Source: Blastocatellia bacterium (lineage in GTDB: Bacteria; Acidobacteriota; Blastocatellia; Pyrinomonadales; Pyrinomonadaceae). From it: a stretch of 64,000 nt of DNA. Location: contig JANMKA010000024.1 of the NCBI GenBank assembly GCA_031371765.1, positions 810 through 64,809 of the forward strand, written 5' to 3'. Shown here in pieces: positions 39,449 through 49,123 of this stretch. The position numbers and the translations under genes are program-made. Position 1 is the first letter of the stretch, and each line of letters starts with the position of its first letter. The notes below the pieces were generated by a model. It saw only the letters and a program-made list of their open reading frames with translations, ran no database searches and was not told the DNA's origin.

Positions 39449-41032
39449 TCAGGTCGGATCAAATTCGGCCCGTTCGATCATTGCTTCGCTGCGTCGTCGC
39501 GCTTCAATTAAGTTTTCAACTTCGCGGGCCGCGGCATCGCTGGGCAGCTCGGCAATCAGTTTCTGTAATTCCTCGTCGAACAACTGACTGATGAACGCGG
39601 GTGTGTGGACCACCTTCGCGCCGCCTTCGTCGAGAATCATTACGCGGTCGCGATGCCGTACACGTTGCGCAATCATCAAGCGATAAATGCGATCTGTTGC
39701 CAAATCTTCCATGTAACCGTCCAGCAGCGTCGCGCCTTTACCATGAAGCACGCCGTTGCGATAACGGATAACCGTGCGGATCGCCGCGCGCGTTCCGGCA
39801 ACTGTTAGTTGGCCCACCTGGCGAGGCGCGGGGCGCAAATCAGGATCCCGCACCAGCGCAAATCGTCGCACTTCCAGTTGATTAGGCGCAGGAAACTGGC
39901 CCACCGCGATTTCGTTTTGATCCGGATGACCGGTCCAGGCTCCGTCCATGCCGCAATCGGCTTCGTTCTTTTTGTCGCGGGCCAGGGCTTGCAGCGCGCG
40001 CTCGTTTAGTTCGGCATCGTTGCGGCTGGGATAGAGAGCAGTCATGCCGCCGATCGCCAACGCGCCATGACGATGGCAAACCTCGACCAGCAATTCGCGC
40101 AGCCGCTGGAAAAAAGGAACGTCGTGAGGAATGGTATTCCGATCGGGAAGCACCCATTCGAGATTTTCCAGGTTGAAGTGGATCAGGCTCGCCATGTAAT
40201 CCCAGCGCCCGAGGTTCAATCCCAGCAAATGCTCGCGCAAGTTATAGAGAAACTCCTCCATCTCATAAGCGAGCGGATGCGATTCAACCAGCGCCATGCA
40301 CTTGATGAAATCCCGGGGCCAACCTTTCAATTCCGCAATCGCTTGAAACAGATCGCGCCACCACAAGGCTTCTTCCGCCGACTCGGATTTGGGAATGTAA
40401 AAGGCGAGCGGATGACGCAGGCGAGCGACATCGACTTCAAATGCGATGCTGGCCACGTCAAATAACGAAGCCGAAGTAAGTTCATCTCGAAACACACCGG
40501 CTTGACTCATGTGCAAGCCGCGCGCTCTCAGCCAAATCGCGGTCCTGCCAGGCTCAATGCCTACCCCGGTGCCGCGTTTGCGATCGGCGTAAGTGAGCGT
40601 GCCGTTAAGCGCAGCGAGAATGTTCTTCACTCCCTGTCGCTGGTTTTCCCAACGATTCGCCATCGAGTCCTCGAGGTCGAGCATCACCCCCGGCGCGCCG
40701 GAGTTAAGCATCTTCACTACCAACTCGGCATCGTCAGCGGGTCCCGTCATTTGATTGCGCTGATCGCGGCACCAGTCGGGCACGGCGATGCGCCACTTGG
40801 CCGTGGTGGCTTCGGAAACTCGCAAATAATCGGGCTTTTCCCCAAGATTCGAGGCCGCCAGCCGCTCGTAACGCGCCGCTTGCAGGCGTTGTTGCCAGGG
40901 CGTGAAGCGTTGCTGCAGCGGCAACAAGAACTTCAAAAACGCTGGTAACCACTCCGCCCCGCGCTCGCCTGCCTGGACCGCGAGGGGGTGGTTTAACTGT
41001 TCTGCAAAACTTCGGTTGACTGCTGTATTCAT
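39449..41032 (-). CDS. aceB: Malate synthase A
   Basis: 527 aa. REHLLGLNLGRWDYM matches the malate synthase signature. Immediately upstream of aceA. Confidence 0.93.
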   Translation of the reverse strand: MNTAVNRSFAEQLNHPLAVQAGERGAEWLPAFLKFLLPLQQRFTPWQQRLQAARYERLAASNLGEKPDYLRVSEATTAKWRIAVPDWCRDQRNQMTGPADDAELVVKMLNSGAPGVMLDLEDSMANRWENQRQGVKNILAALNGTLTYADRKRGTGVGIEPGRTAIWLRARGLHMSQAGVFRDELTSASLFDVASIAFEVDVARLRHPLAFYIPKSESAEEALWWRDLFQAIAELKGWPRDFIKCMALVESHPLAYEMEEFLYNLREHLLGLNLGRWDYMASLIHFNLENLEWVLPDRNTIPHDVPFFQRLRELLVEVCHRHGALAIGGMTALYPSRNDAELNERALQALARDKKNEADCGMDGAWTGHPDQNEIAVGQFPAPNQLEVRRFALVRDPDLRPAPRQVGQLTVAGTRAAIRTVIRYRNGVLHGKGATLLDGYMEDLATDRIYRLMIAQRVRHRDRVMILDEGGAKVVHTPAFISQLFDEELQKLIAELPSDAAAREVENLIEARRRSEAMIERAEFDPT

Positions 41033-41067
41033 TGCGCGCTTAGGAAACTCCTGCCGCGAAATCGGTA

Positions 41068-41085
41068 GCGTTCACGATTCTGAAC
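41068..41085. promoter_or_regulatory. Operator-like inverted repeat cGTTC-N8-GAACA (copy 1 of 3)
   Basis: cgttcacgattctgaaca, 36 nt upstream of the aceB start codon. Confidence 0.45.
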
Positions 41086-41144
41086 AGTGGCTCGACAAGT
41101 TGCTGCGACAGCTTGTAACATGCGAAACCTCGCGGCTCAATGAA

Positions 41145-41162
41145 CTGTTCCACTGAGTGAAC
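41145..41162. promoter_or_regulatory. Operator-like inverted repeat TGTTC-N8-GAACA (copy 2 of 3)
   Basis: tgttccactgagtgaaca, in the middle of the aceB / iclR-family divergent spacer. Confidence 0.45.
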
Positions 41163-41250
41163 ACAATTAACCTCGCTGAGAGGTTGCGCGACAGAGCTAC
41201 GTTGAATTCATTGACAAATGATTCGGTTGACGCGGTGGGCGACTGGGCGC

Positions 41251-41268
41251 GTGTTCACAATGCAGAAC
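41251..41268. promoter_or_regulatory. Operator-like inverted repeat TGTTC-N8-GAACA (copy 3 of 3)
   Basis: tgttcacaatgcagaaca, ~47 nt upstream of the ATG at 41315 of the IclR-family gene. Confidence 0.45.
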
Positions 41269-41314
41269 ATTGATTGCGCGGACGTTCAGCCAAAGTCGAT
41301 CCAGGTATAAGCGA

Positions 41315-42169
41315 ATGAAAGCAGCCATCGAACCTAACAGGAGCGCCGCGGTTAGGCGCAAAACTACGAAAGCAAAATCCAATTCCGGCGGAGGCGCAGG
41401 CAAACGCGAGCAGGTCACGTCGGTTGATCGGGCCCTGACAATTCTCGAGTTGTTGGCGGGAAAGACTCACGGCCTGAGTACTTCCGATCTCAGTCGCCGC
41501 GTACGCATCCCCAAGAGCTCAACCAGCTACCTGCTGCGCACGCTGGTCGCGCGCGGTTATGTGCGTCGCGATGTCGAGACGGGTTTTCACACGCTCGGGA
41601 TTAAGTTGTTGAGTTTGGGTGGCCAGGCAATGCAGGGCCTCGAGCTGCGAGATATCGCGATGCCGCACTTGCGCCACATCGTCGAGCGCACCCAACTCGA
41701 CACGCATCTGGCGATACTCGATCACGGCGATGCAGTCTATATTGAGCGCATTGAATCGCCCGGCTTTATTAAGATGGCTACGTGGATTGGGCGGCGGATG
41801 GTGCCGCATGTAACTGGAGTCGGCAAGGCTTTGATCTGTTGCCATGATCGCGCTGCAGTTGAAGCGATCGTTGCGATTCACCCGCTGAAAGCAATCACAC
41901 CCAACACGATCACGACAGTCCCGCGATTGATGGCGGAACTGGCAAAGACCCGGCAACGTGGTTATGCGATCGATGATGAAGAGCACGAGGCGCGCGTGCG
42001 TTGTGTTGCCGCGCCTATTTTCGCGGCCAGCGGTGAGGTCGTGGCGGCAATTGGCGTTAGCGGAACCGCGGGTCAACTTTCAGACGAGGTGGTGGCCAAG
42101 ATCGGCAACCTGGTGCGCACTACGTCGTTAAAGTTCTCTTCGCAACTGGGTGCGCGAAAGAGCCGTTAG
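41315..42169 (+). CDS. IclR family transcriptional regulator
   Basis: N-terminal winged HTH (VDRALTILELLAGKTHGLSTSDLSRRVRIPKSSTSYLLRTLVARGYV) and C-terminal IclR effector domain. Divergent from aceBA. The start could also be 41270. Confidence 0.88.
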   Translation: MKAAIEPNRSAAVRRKTTKAKSNSGGGAGKREQVTSVDRALTILELLAGKTHGLSTSDLSRRVRIPKSSTSYLLRTLVARGYVRRDVETGFHTLGIKLLSLGGQAMQGLELRDIAMPHLRHIVERTQLDTHLAILDHGDAVYIERIESPGFIKMATWIGRRMVPHVTGVGKALICCHDRAAVEAIVAIHPLKAITPNTITTVPRLMAELAKTRQRGYAIDDEEHEARVRCVAAPIFAASGEVVAAIGVSGTAGQLSDEVVAKIGNLVRTTSLKFSSQLGARKSR

Positions 42170-42176
42170 CATCTTC

Positions 42177-42258
42177 GTAAAGCAAACTGTCAGTTTGCGG
42201 TCGATCGTGGCCACGATTGGCTAGCTGCGGACCACCGCAAACTAACAGTTTGCTTTAC
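42177..42258. terminator. Long compound hairpin between convergent genes (bidirectional terminator candidate)
   Basis: gtaaagcaaactgtcagtttgcgg (42177-42200) pairs with ccgcaaactaacagtttgctttac (42235-42258), with 1 mismatch in 24. The inner palindrome atcgtggccacgat sits in the loop. Confidence 0.6.
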
Positions 42259-42260
42259 TC

Positions 42261-43187
42261 TTAGTTGTAAATGTACGTCGAACTCTTCTTCTGCTCCCAC
42301 TCCAAAGCGGCGATGTTCTCTGAGTCTTCGGAAAATATTTCTTCGCTAAGTTGATCCGTCGTGTCGGCATAGCCGAGGCTTAGCTCGTAAACGATTTTGC
42401 CGCGTTCGCCCTCTTCGCCGCCACGCTCCAACTGGCGCACTTCAAAACTGAACCCGTGTTTGTCAAAAATCTTCTTAAGGACCTCGCGAGTCCGGTTTAG
42501 GTTGAGTGTTTCAATTCGCACTTCCATTGATCGAAATATTTGCGCCGACTCGAAGTGTTCCAAAATCCACAGAACCACCAGCACGAAAACGGTAAGTATC
42601 AGCGCCATGTCCAGGCGTCCGACCCCGCAGGCCAACCCGACGCCAAGGCAAATCAACAGCACCGTAGTTTCTTTGGGATCGCGAATGTTGGTGCGAAAGC
42701 GAACCAGCGAGGCGGCTGCAAAGATGCCAAACGCTCGCGCGGCGCTGTCGCCGACAATAATCATCATCGCGGCCGCGACTACTGCCAGCAGAATCTGTGT
42801 CTGGGCCACATAAGGATTGCGTTTAGTAATTGAGAGACCGCGCCGCCAGCGAAACGCGAGCAGCATCGCCAGGAATGCGGCTATCAGAAATCTCATTAAG
42901 ACTCGGATAGCAACAATTCCCCGCTCCTCTTCGGTTCGGGCCTGACTGGGGGAGTCGATCCCGAAGATTTCAGAGAGCACCGAGCGATTGCTCTCGTCCC
43001 GGGCCGCCGCCGAAGTTTCGCTTGGCGCGGAGTTGTTAATTGCCTGATCGCCCGCAGTCGCCGCGCGCTCAGGAACATTCCTTACCGGCGTTACTGTGCG
43101 ACGCTCAAGCAGAACGTAAACGAGCAAACCGCTGCCCAGCAGCACGGCGAAGAAAATTACCAGTAAGCGAACCAGCTGTTTGCTCAT
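42261..43187 (-). CDS. DUF4956-like membrane protein
   Basis: N-terminal TM plus a central membrane core with FGIFAAASLVRFRTNIRDPKETTVLLICLGVGLACGV. The G-[LI]-F-A...[IV]-R-[FY]-R-T motif is what I remember as the DUF4956 hallmark. Soluble C-terminal domain. Confidence 0.6.
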   Translation of the reverse strand: MSKQLVRLLVIFFAVLLGSGLLVYVLLERRTVTPVRNVPERAATAGDQAINNSAPSETSAAARDESNRSVLSEIFGIDSPSQARTEEERGIVAIRVLMRFLIAAFLAMLLAFRWRRGLSITKRNPYVAQTQILLAVVAAAMMIIVGDSAARAFGIFAAASLVRFRTNIRDPKETTVLLICLGVGLACGVGRLDMALILTVFVLVVLWILEHFESAQIFRSMEVRIETLNLNRTREVLKKIFDKHGFSFEVRQLERGGEEGERGKIVYELSLGYADTTDQLSEEIFSEDSENIAALEWEQKKSSTYIYN

Positions 43188-43340
43188 TTCTTAAAGCTCC
43201 TTCCGGCCGCCCGGCTTCGCACAGAAAGTATTTATATCAATCCGCGTTGTAAGAAGTCCCATGTTGGATCGCCGCGGAGCGCGAAAATTTGTTACCGGAC
43301 TACTGTGAACGGCGTTAGTCGCACCAGACTCGGTGCATTA

Positions 43341-44471
43341 TCAGTTTGAGCAGCGCGCATCGATGATTGTCTTCGCCTTGCGCACGAATTCCGCTGTCCA
43401 CGCTTCGGGCGCTTGATCGCGTTCGGCATTCCGCGAGGCGCGAAACACGCGGGTAATCAAGTTGTCCCTTTGCTCGGCGTCGAGTAGCCGTTGCAACCCA
43501 TCTGCCAGTAGCAGTCTCCCGGCTTCGCTGATTTTTGTGTCGCCGATACTTTTCGCGCTGGTGTGACAGCGGCCACCATCAACTTTAATAGGATCCTTGC
43601 CCTGCCAATTCTCCAGTCTTGCTTTCTTCTCGCTGGCGCTGCTGTACCCAAACGTCGAACCCATGTCCGAGACGTAATAGACCGCCTGATCTCGTTTACA
43701 CATCCGCGTACCATCGGGATTCTTCTTAGCATCAAGACAGCTAAACTTCTGGTTATCAGCTTTAGTGTCGCCATGATCAATGAAGGCGAGCCAGAGTTTG
43801 AATGCGTCGATCTCCGCGCGATTCCCGCCACTGTTCAGCAACTTTTCAAGCGAACTGGAAAGCGCTCTCGTATCTTTGTTGTTGCATTTCACATCGAGCC
43901 CTGTGCCGAGCGGCAGCTCAACTCCAGCGGCCGGTTGAAATGGCGAGAAGCTGGCGCCCTGGAAACTCTTGTTCAGGCTCTTTTCGCAATCGGGACAAGT
44001 GACGTCCGCCACCCACTCGTCATCGGCAAAAAAACCCAACGCTTTGGAGAATCGCGATGACAGAAACTCGCCATACACCTCGCCATTCCTCTTGTCGGGT
44101 GTTTGGCCCTTGAAATGAGGCTTGATTTTGAGCCGGACAAGATCGCCATCCTCATCGACCACGCCTGGAACCGAGCAATAGAACTTAGGCGTGGTGCCCG
44201 AGCCTTCCTTCTCCTTCACGTTAGCCACGCAAGTGATGGGCGCGGCAAGTCCGTCGGGATTCACGGCGGGCGCGCCCAGACGAGGCCCGACATTTGGGTT
44301 GTATCCCAGGACCGGATCGTAACCCGGGTCGGGCTGCCGGTAAACTTTCGCTGTCCGTTCAGCAACGTCGCGAGCGTCTTGGGTGAAACAAGATTTCTGT
44401 GCCTTTGCCGGCATAGCAGCGAGAACGAAAAGCAAACCAAAGATGAATGCTGGCAATAGTTTTCTAAACAT
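43341..44471 (-). CDS. Secreted hypothetical protein with protein-kinase-like motifs
   Basis: Signal peptide MFRKLLPAFIFGLLFVLAAMPAKAQ. 10 Cys. RLKIKP (beta3-Lys-like), NGEVYGEF (alphaC-Glu-like), FIDHGDTKADN (H-G-D-x-K-x-x-N catalytic-loop-like), VSDMGSTFG (DFG-like). Starts 30 nt after the ppk1 stop. Confidence 0.6.
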   Translation of the reverse strand: MFRKLLPAFIFGLLFVLAAMPAKAQKSCFTQDARDVAERTAKVYRQPDPGYDPVLGYNPNVGPRLGAPAVNPDGLAAPITCVANVKEKEGSGTTPKFYCSVPGVVDEDGDLVRLKIKPHFKGQTPDKRNGEVYGEFLSSRFSKALGFFADDEWVADVTCPDCEKSLNKSFQGASFSPFQPAAGVELPLGTGLDVKCNNKDTRALSSSLEKLLNSGGNRAEIDAFKLWLAFIDHGDTKADNQKFSCLDAKKNPDGTRMCKRDQAVYYVSDMGSTFGYSSASEKKARLENWQGKDPIKVDGGRCHTSAKSIGDTKISEAGRLLLADGLQRLLDAEQRDNLITRVFRASRNAERDQAPEAWTAEFVRKAKTIIDARCSN

Positions 44472-44501
44472 AAACCCTCCCCGAGTGTTGTGTGAACCAG
44501 G

Positions 44502-46712
44502 TTAAGAACTCAAACTAATACTTCCTTCGAAATGCAGTTGACTGTTGAACGGCGCTTCTTCCGGAGCCATGGGAACACGCTCGTAAACGCCGTCTGCATT
44601 CAAGACTCGCGCCTTTATGTTGTCTTTCAGATACGTGCCGAGGACGACGTCCTTTAAGTGTCTTTTCAAGTTCGCATCCAGAATCGGAGTCACAACCTCG
44701 ACGCGGCGATCCAGATTTCGAGTCATCCAGTCGGCCGATCCAATGTAAACGTCTTCGTCGCCGCCGTTGGCAAAGTAAAAGATTCGGCTGTGCTCGAGAA
44801 ACTGGCCCACGATGCTTCTGACATGGATCGTTTCGGAAAGGCCCGGGACTCCCGGCCGCAGCATGCACGAGCCGCGCACTATCAAGTCAATCGGGACACC
44901 GGCCTGCGAGGCGCGATAAAGCGCGTCGATAATTTCCAAATCAGTCAGGCGATTTATCTTGGCGGTAATGCGCGCCGCTCGACCCGCTTGCGCATGATCA
45001 ATCTCCCGTTCAATCAAACTCAACATGCGGCGGCGCAGATTCACCGGCGCAACCATCAGATGCGTGTACTCGCGTGGTCGCGAAAATCCGGTCATGTAAT
45101 TAAACAGATCGATTGCATCATCGCCTATCTCCGCGTTTGCGGTGAGCAAACCGAGGTCAGTGTAAACTTTCGAGGTCGTGGGATTGTAATTTCCGGTGGC
45201 GATGTGCACGTAAGTTTGCAGCCCCTGATCCTCGCGCCGAATAACGAGTGCCACCTTGCTGTGCGTCTTCAATTTCATCAAGCCGTAAACGACGTGAACT
45301 CCGGCTTCGACCAGCCGGCCGGCCCACTCAATATTGTTTTCTTCATCGAAGCGCGCCTTGATCTCAACTATCGCCGTGACCTGCTTGCCGCGTTCACTCG
45401 CCTCAATCAAGGCTTCGGGGATGGGAGAGTTTTTGCCGGTGCGATAAAGGCAAATCTTAATCGCCAGGACGCGCGGATCTTTCGCGGCAGCCTCGATGAA
45501 CTCGGTAACAGTGGTGTAAGCAGTGTAGGGATGATGCAGCAGGACATCCTGGTTTTTGATCGCCTCGAACATATGTCTTTTCTTGCTTAATGGCGCGGGC
45601 ACCGTCAAGCGAATCGGCCGATCGCGCAGTTCCGATTTATCCAAACCGTACAGTTGCATCAAGTCGCCAACACCCAGCATCCCGCCCATCACATAAACGT
45701 CGCCGCTCTCTATTCGCAGTGACTCGGTTAGGTACCGGACCATCGGCGGCGGCATGGTTTCAGAAACTTCAAGCCGCACCGCATTGCCAAAGCGTCGTTC
45801 GCGCAGGGACTCTTTTATTCTTCCCAGGAGATCGGCGGCCTTATCGTCTCTAATTTCCACGTCGGCATCGCGCGTCACGCGAAAGAGGTAGCTCTTGCTC
45901 AGACGCATGCTGGGAAAAACGGAATGCAGGTTCGCATCGATCAACTCTTCGAGCAGCACAAATTTGTGCCCGCTGTCTCCGACAGGGACGAGACGCGGCA
46001 CCACCGGCGGCACCTTGATGCGAACAAAGCGCGGCATGCTTCCCAGGGTTACCGGCTCGTCCGGATTTGAATCTACCTCGACGGTCAGGCCGATGTTCAG
46101 ACTGAGATTCGCAATGTGCGGAAAAGGGTGGGCGGGATCGACTGCCAACGGCGTAAGCACTCTGAAGATGTTCGTCATGAAGTACTGGTTCAGAGTCTTT
46201 TTCTCGCTCTTCGCAAGCGAATCGTAAGCCACGATTTCGATGCCATGTTTTGCTAATCCCGGAAGGACGCTATGCCGCAGGCAGTTCGCCTGCTCCGCAA
46301 CCAGCGGCAGGACTCGTTCGCGGATCATCCTCAGTTGCGCGGCCGGCTCCAGTTCGCCGGGCATCGGTTGCAAGTCCTTGATGTCCAGCATTTCCTTCAA
46401 GCCGGAAACGCGCACCATAAAAAACTCGTCGAGATTGCTGGTAAAGACGGCGAGAAACTTCAGCCGCTCAAGCAGCGGCACGGATTCGTCCGTCGCCTCT
46501 TCCAGCACACGTTTGTAAAACTCAAGTTGGCTTAAATCACGATTGAATACGGACCAGGCGAGAAACGGTTCGCCTGAGGAAGGCACCGGCAATTTGCCAA
46601 TGCTGGCAAGTTCCGGTTTATCACCGCGTCCGTTCGCCGCGGGCCGCAATGAGCCCTCATCTACTTCAGCCAAGTCTTGCTTTCGCTCAACCATGCTAGT
46701 CGTTTGCTCCAA
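44502..46712 (-). CDS. ppk1: Polyphosphate kinase 1
   Basis: 736 aa. ELSQLEFYKRVLEEA N-domain, MKLKTHSKVALVIRRE autophosphorylated-His region, and two PLD-like C-terminal domains. The true start may be one of the Mets within the first 10 codons. Confidence 0.93.
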   Translation of the reverse strand: MEQTTSMVERKQDLAEVDEGSLRPAANGRGDKPELASIGKLPVPSSGEPFLAWSVFNRDLSQLEFYKRVLEEATDESVPLLERLKFLAVFTSNLDEFFMVRVSGLKEMLDIKDLQPMPGELEPAAQLRMIRERVLPLVAEQANCLRHSVLPGLAKHGIEIVAYDSLAKSEKKTLNQYFMTNIFRVLTPLAVDPAHPFPHIANLSLNIGLTVEVDSNPDEPVTLGSMPRFVRIKVPPVVPRLVPVGDSGHKFVLLEELIDANLHSVFPSMRLSKSYLFRVTRDADVEIRDDKAADLLGRIKESLRERRFGNAVRLEVSETMPPPMVRYLTESLRIESGDVYVMGGMLGVGDLMQLYGLDKSELRDRPIRLTVPAPLSKKRHMFEAIKNQDVLLHHPYTAYTTVTEFIEAAAKDPRVLAIKICLYRTGKNSPIPEALIEASERGKQVTAIVEIKARFDEENNIEWAGRLVEAGVHVVYGLMKLKTHSKVALVIRREDQGLQTYVHIATGNYNPTTSKVYTDLGLLTANAEIGDDAIDLFNYMTGFSRPREYTHLMVAPVNLRRRMLSLIEREIDHAQAGRAARITAKINRLTDLEIIDALYRASQAGVPIDLIVRGSCMLRPGVPGLSETIHVRSIVGQFLEHSRIFYFANGGDEDVYIGSADWMTRNLDRRVEVVTPILDANLKRHLKDVVLGTYLKDNIKARVLNADGVYERVPMAPEEAPFNSQLHFEGSISLSS

Positions 46713-46933
46713 TCCTGTGAGAACCGGCGGCGCTTGCGCCTCGCAGCCTCCGGGGTCCTTCTGTTCTCCCGTGACTCTTAGATTTTGGGGATGGCAATTA
46801 CCTTAGGATCGTTTGATTGTGACCGTCAAGGACGCGATTCAGGTACCCTTTCTGCGTACCGCTGGCCATCGTCGCCGGCCATTTGACATCTATCTCGAAC
46901 CTAAGTATCTTGACATCAAGGTAGTTTGGAAAG

Positions 46934-47404
46934 ATGGAAAAACAAAAACTGGAATCGCTGACGGGTGGCAGCGGCGTGCACGTTTTCCTGGTCTTGTGGA
47001 AGGCGTCCCGCGCCGCTCAAGCCTATGCCGAAAAGAGCATTCTGGGCCTGGAAATGTGCGGCAGTGACTTCGCGGTGCTCGAGGCGCTGCTGCACAAGGG
47101 GCCTTTGCCGGTTAACGAAATCGGGAAAAAGGTCTTGTTGACGAGTGGCTCGATCACGGTCGCAGTTGACCGCCTGGAGCAGAAAGGTTTGGTGGAACGG
47201 CGTGCCCACGGCAGCGATCGGCGTACACGGGTAGTTCATCTGACAAAAGCGGGCAGAAAACTAATCAGTCGCGCTTACGCGGATCACGCCGCCGACCTGG
47301 AACGACTGGCCGCCGCTTCCCTGACCCGGGCTGAGCGCAAGACGCTTATCAGTCTGCTGAAGCAGATCGGCTATCAGGCGCTTGGTTCGTTTGTAACAAA
47401 GTGA
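46934..47404 (+). CDS. MarR family transcriptional regulator
   Basis: 156 aa. Winged HTH LPVNEIGKKVLLTSGSITVAVDRLEQKGLVERR...DRRTRVVHLT. Confidence 0.88.
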   Translation: MEKQKLESLTGGSGVHVFLVLWKASRAAQAYAEKSILGLEMCGSDFAVLEALLHKGPLPVNEIGKKVLLTSGSITVAVDRLEQKGLVERRAHGSDRRTRVVHLTKAGRKLISRAYADHAADLERLAAASLTRAERKTLISLLKQIGYQALGSFVTK

Positions 47405-47450
47405 AGCTGAGGGTACGAAGATCGCCTTTAGGTCGGGTTGACGAGAGGAG

Positions 47451-48383
47451 ATGTTTTTTATGTCAATGGCTAGTGAAGCATTAAGAGATGAAGAGACTCG
47501 CGCGGTCGGAACGCGCACGGTCGCCGGAATTGTGAACAGCATCGAGACGTTGGAGGGCGGGGGCTTTCTCGTTCGCCGTCCTTTCCCCAAGGCAGCGTTT
47601 TCCGAGTTTGATCCGTTCCTGTTGCTCGATGAAATGGGACCTATGGATGTTGCGCCGGGCGAGGCGAAAGGCGCGCCGGATCACCCACATCGCGGGTTCG
47701 AAACGGTGACCTATCTGCTGTCGGGGGAGATGGAACACAAGGATTCTCGGGGACATGCCGGACGCCTGACGGCGGGTGATGTGCAGTGGATGACTGCCGG
47801 TTCAGGAGTGATCCACTCCGAGATGCCTGGCCGTGAGTTCAAGGATGCCGGCGGACGGCTGCACGGATTGCAACTTTGGGTGAATCTGCCGCAGCGCGAC
47901 AAGATGATGAGGCCGCGTTACCAGGAACTTCCGAATTCGCAAATTCCAAAAGCGACTTCGGCCGATGGCCTGGTCAAGGTGAGTGTGATCGCCGGCGAAG
48001 CGATGGGCGTAAATGCCGTCATCGAAACGCGCACGCCAATCATCTACCTGCATTACAAGATCCAACCCGGCGGCGTGGCTACGCAACACGTTTCGAACAG
48101 CTACAATGCCTTTGCATACGTCGTGGATGGAGCGGGATTATTCGGAGCAGAAGCCGAACGCGGCGAAGACGGACAGATGATTATGTTCACTCAGGACGGC
48201 GATGAAGTAAGAATCGAAAACTCGTCGGACGCGAAGGCGACGCTCGAAGTGTTGCTCATCGCTGGAGTGCCGCTGGGCGAGCCAGTGGCGCGCTACGGCC
48301 CCTTTGTAATGAACACCGAGGCCGAAATTCGCCAGGCGTTTGCGGACTACCAGCAGGGTAGGATGGGCGCGATCGACGCATAA
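47451..48383 (+). CDS. Pirin family protein (bicupin)
   Basis: HPHRGFETVTYLLSGEMEHKDSRGH pirin signature. Start ambiguous among the ATGs at 47451, 47460 and 47466. Confidence 0.9.
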   Translation: MFFMSMASEALRDEETRAVGTRTVAGIVNSIETLEGGGFLVRRPFPKAAFSEFDPFLLLDEMGPMDVAPGEAKGAPDHPHRGFETVTYLLSGEMEHKDSRGHAGRLTAGDVQWMTAGSGVIHSEMPGREFKDAGGRLHGLQLWVNLPQRDKMMRPRYQELPNSQIPKATSADGLVKVSVIAGEAMGVNAVIETRTPIIYLHYKIQPGGVATQHVSNSYNAFAYVVDGAGLFGAEAERGEDGQMIMFTQDGDEVRIENSSDAKATLEVLLIAGVPLGEPVARYGPFVMNTEAEIRQAFADYQQGRMGAIDA

Positions 48384-48482
48384 CGCCGCCCTGGACCATC
48401 ACTTCATTGATGTGGCCCCTTGTTCAGCGCCACGTCAATGATTTGGGAAACTGATCTTAAAACGTTCCTGAAAGGAAAAAAA

Positions 48483-48875
48483 ATGAAGATCGTAACTTTA
48501 ATTGCACGTCTTCTGCTTGGGCTAATTTTTGTTGTGTTTGGCCTAAATGGATTTCTCAGTTTCCTCAGCATGGGACCGATGCCGACAGGATTGGCGGGAC
48601 AATTTATCGGCGCCCTATTTCTGTCTCACTACCTTTGGGTAATCGCTGCGCTACAAATCGCAGGCGGTGTGCTGCTGCTGGTGAACAGGTTCGTGCCGCT
48701 CGGTCTGGTGCTGCTTGGACCAATAATTGTGAACATAATTTGTTACCACGTGTTCTTGAATCCCTTGGGCTGGCCGTTAGCGCTCGTCGTAACGATCCTT
48801 TGGTTCGTCGTCTTCTACAGCCGTCTCCAATACTTCTCCGAAATTTTTGCGCAGCGCACGTCGGACCAGCAATGA
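48483..48875 (+). CDS. DoxX-like small membrane protein
   Basis: Start at MKIVTLIARLLLGLIFVVFGLNGF. Four hydrophobic helices. Follows MarR-pirin, as DoxX genes often do. Family call from memory. Confidence 0.55.
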   Translation: MKIVTLIARLLLGLIFVVFGLNGFLSFLSMGPMPTGLAGQFIGALFLSHYLWVIAALQIAGGVLLLVNRFVPLGLVLLGPIIVNIICYHVFLNPLGWPLALVVTILWFVVFYSRLQYFSEIFAQRTSDQQ

Positions 48876-49123
48876 AGTTGGGGCAGCTGTAGTTCGGCCT
48901 CCGCTGGTGGGTATCAATTCGATCTGGTGGTAGCGGAGCTTCCAAGGATTTGAAATAGTTCGCGCCACGGACTGCGCCGGCGGAAGACTCTCGCCGCCGC
49001 GGTGTTGGCGCGCGCGAAATAAAGTGCTATAAATCAAACTGTTGAATAAATCAAAAAGGGTTTGCGAAGATCCAAAGTTTTGATAGTCCCGCCCCGGTTG
49101 GTTCATTTCTGAAAAAAGATCAG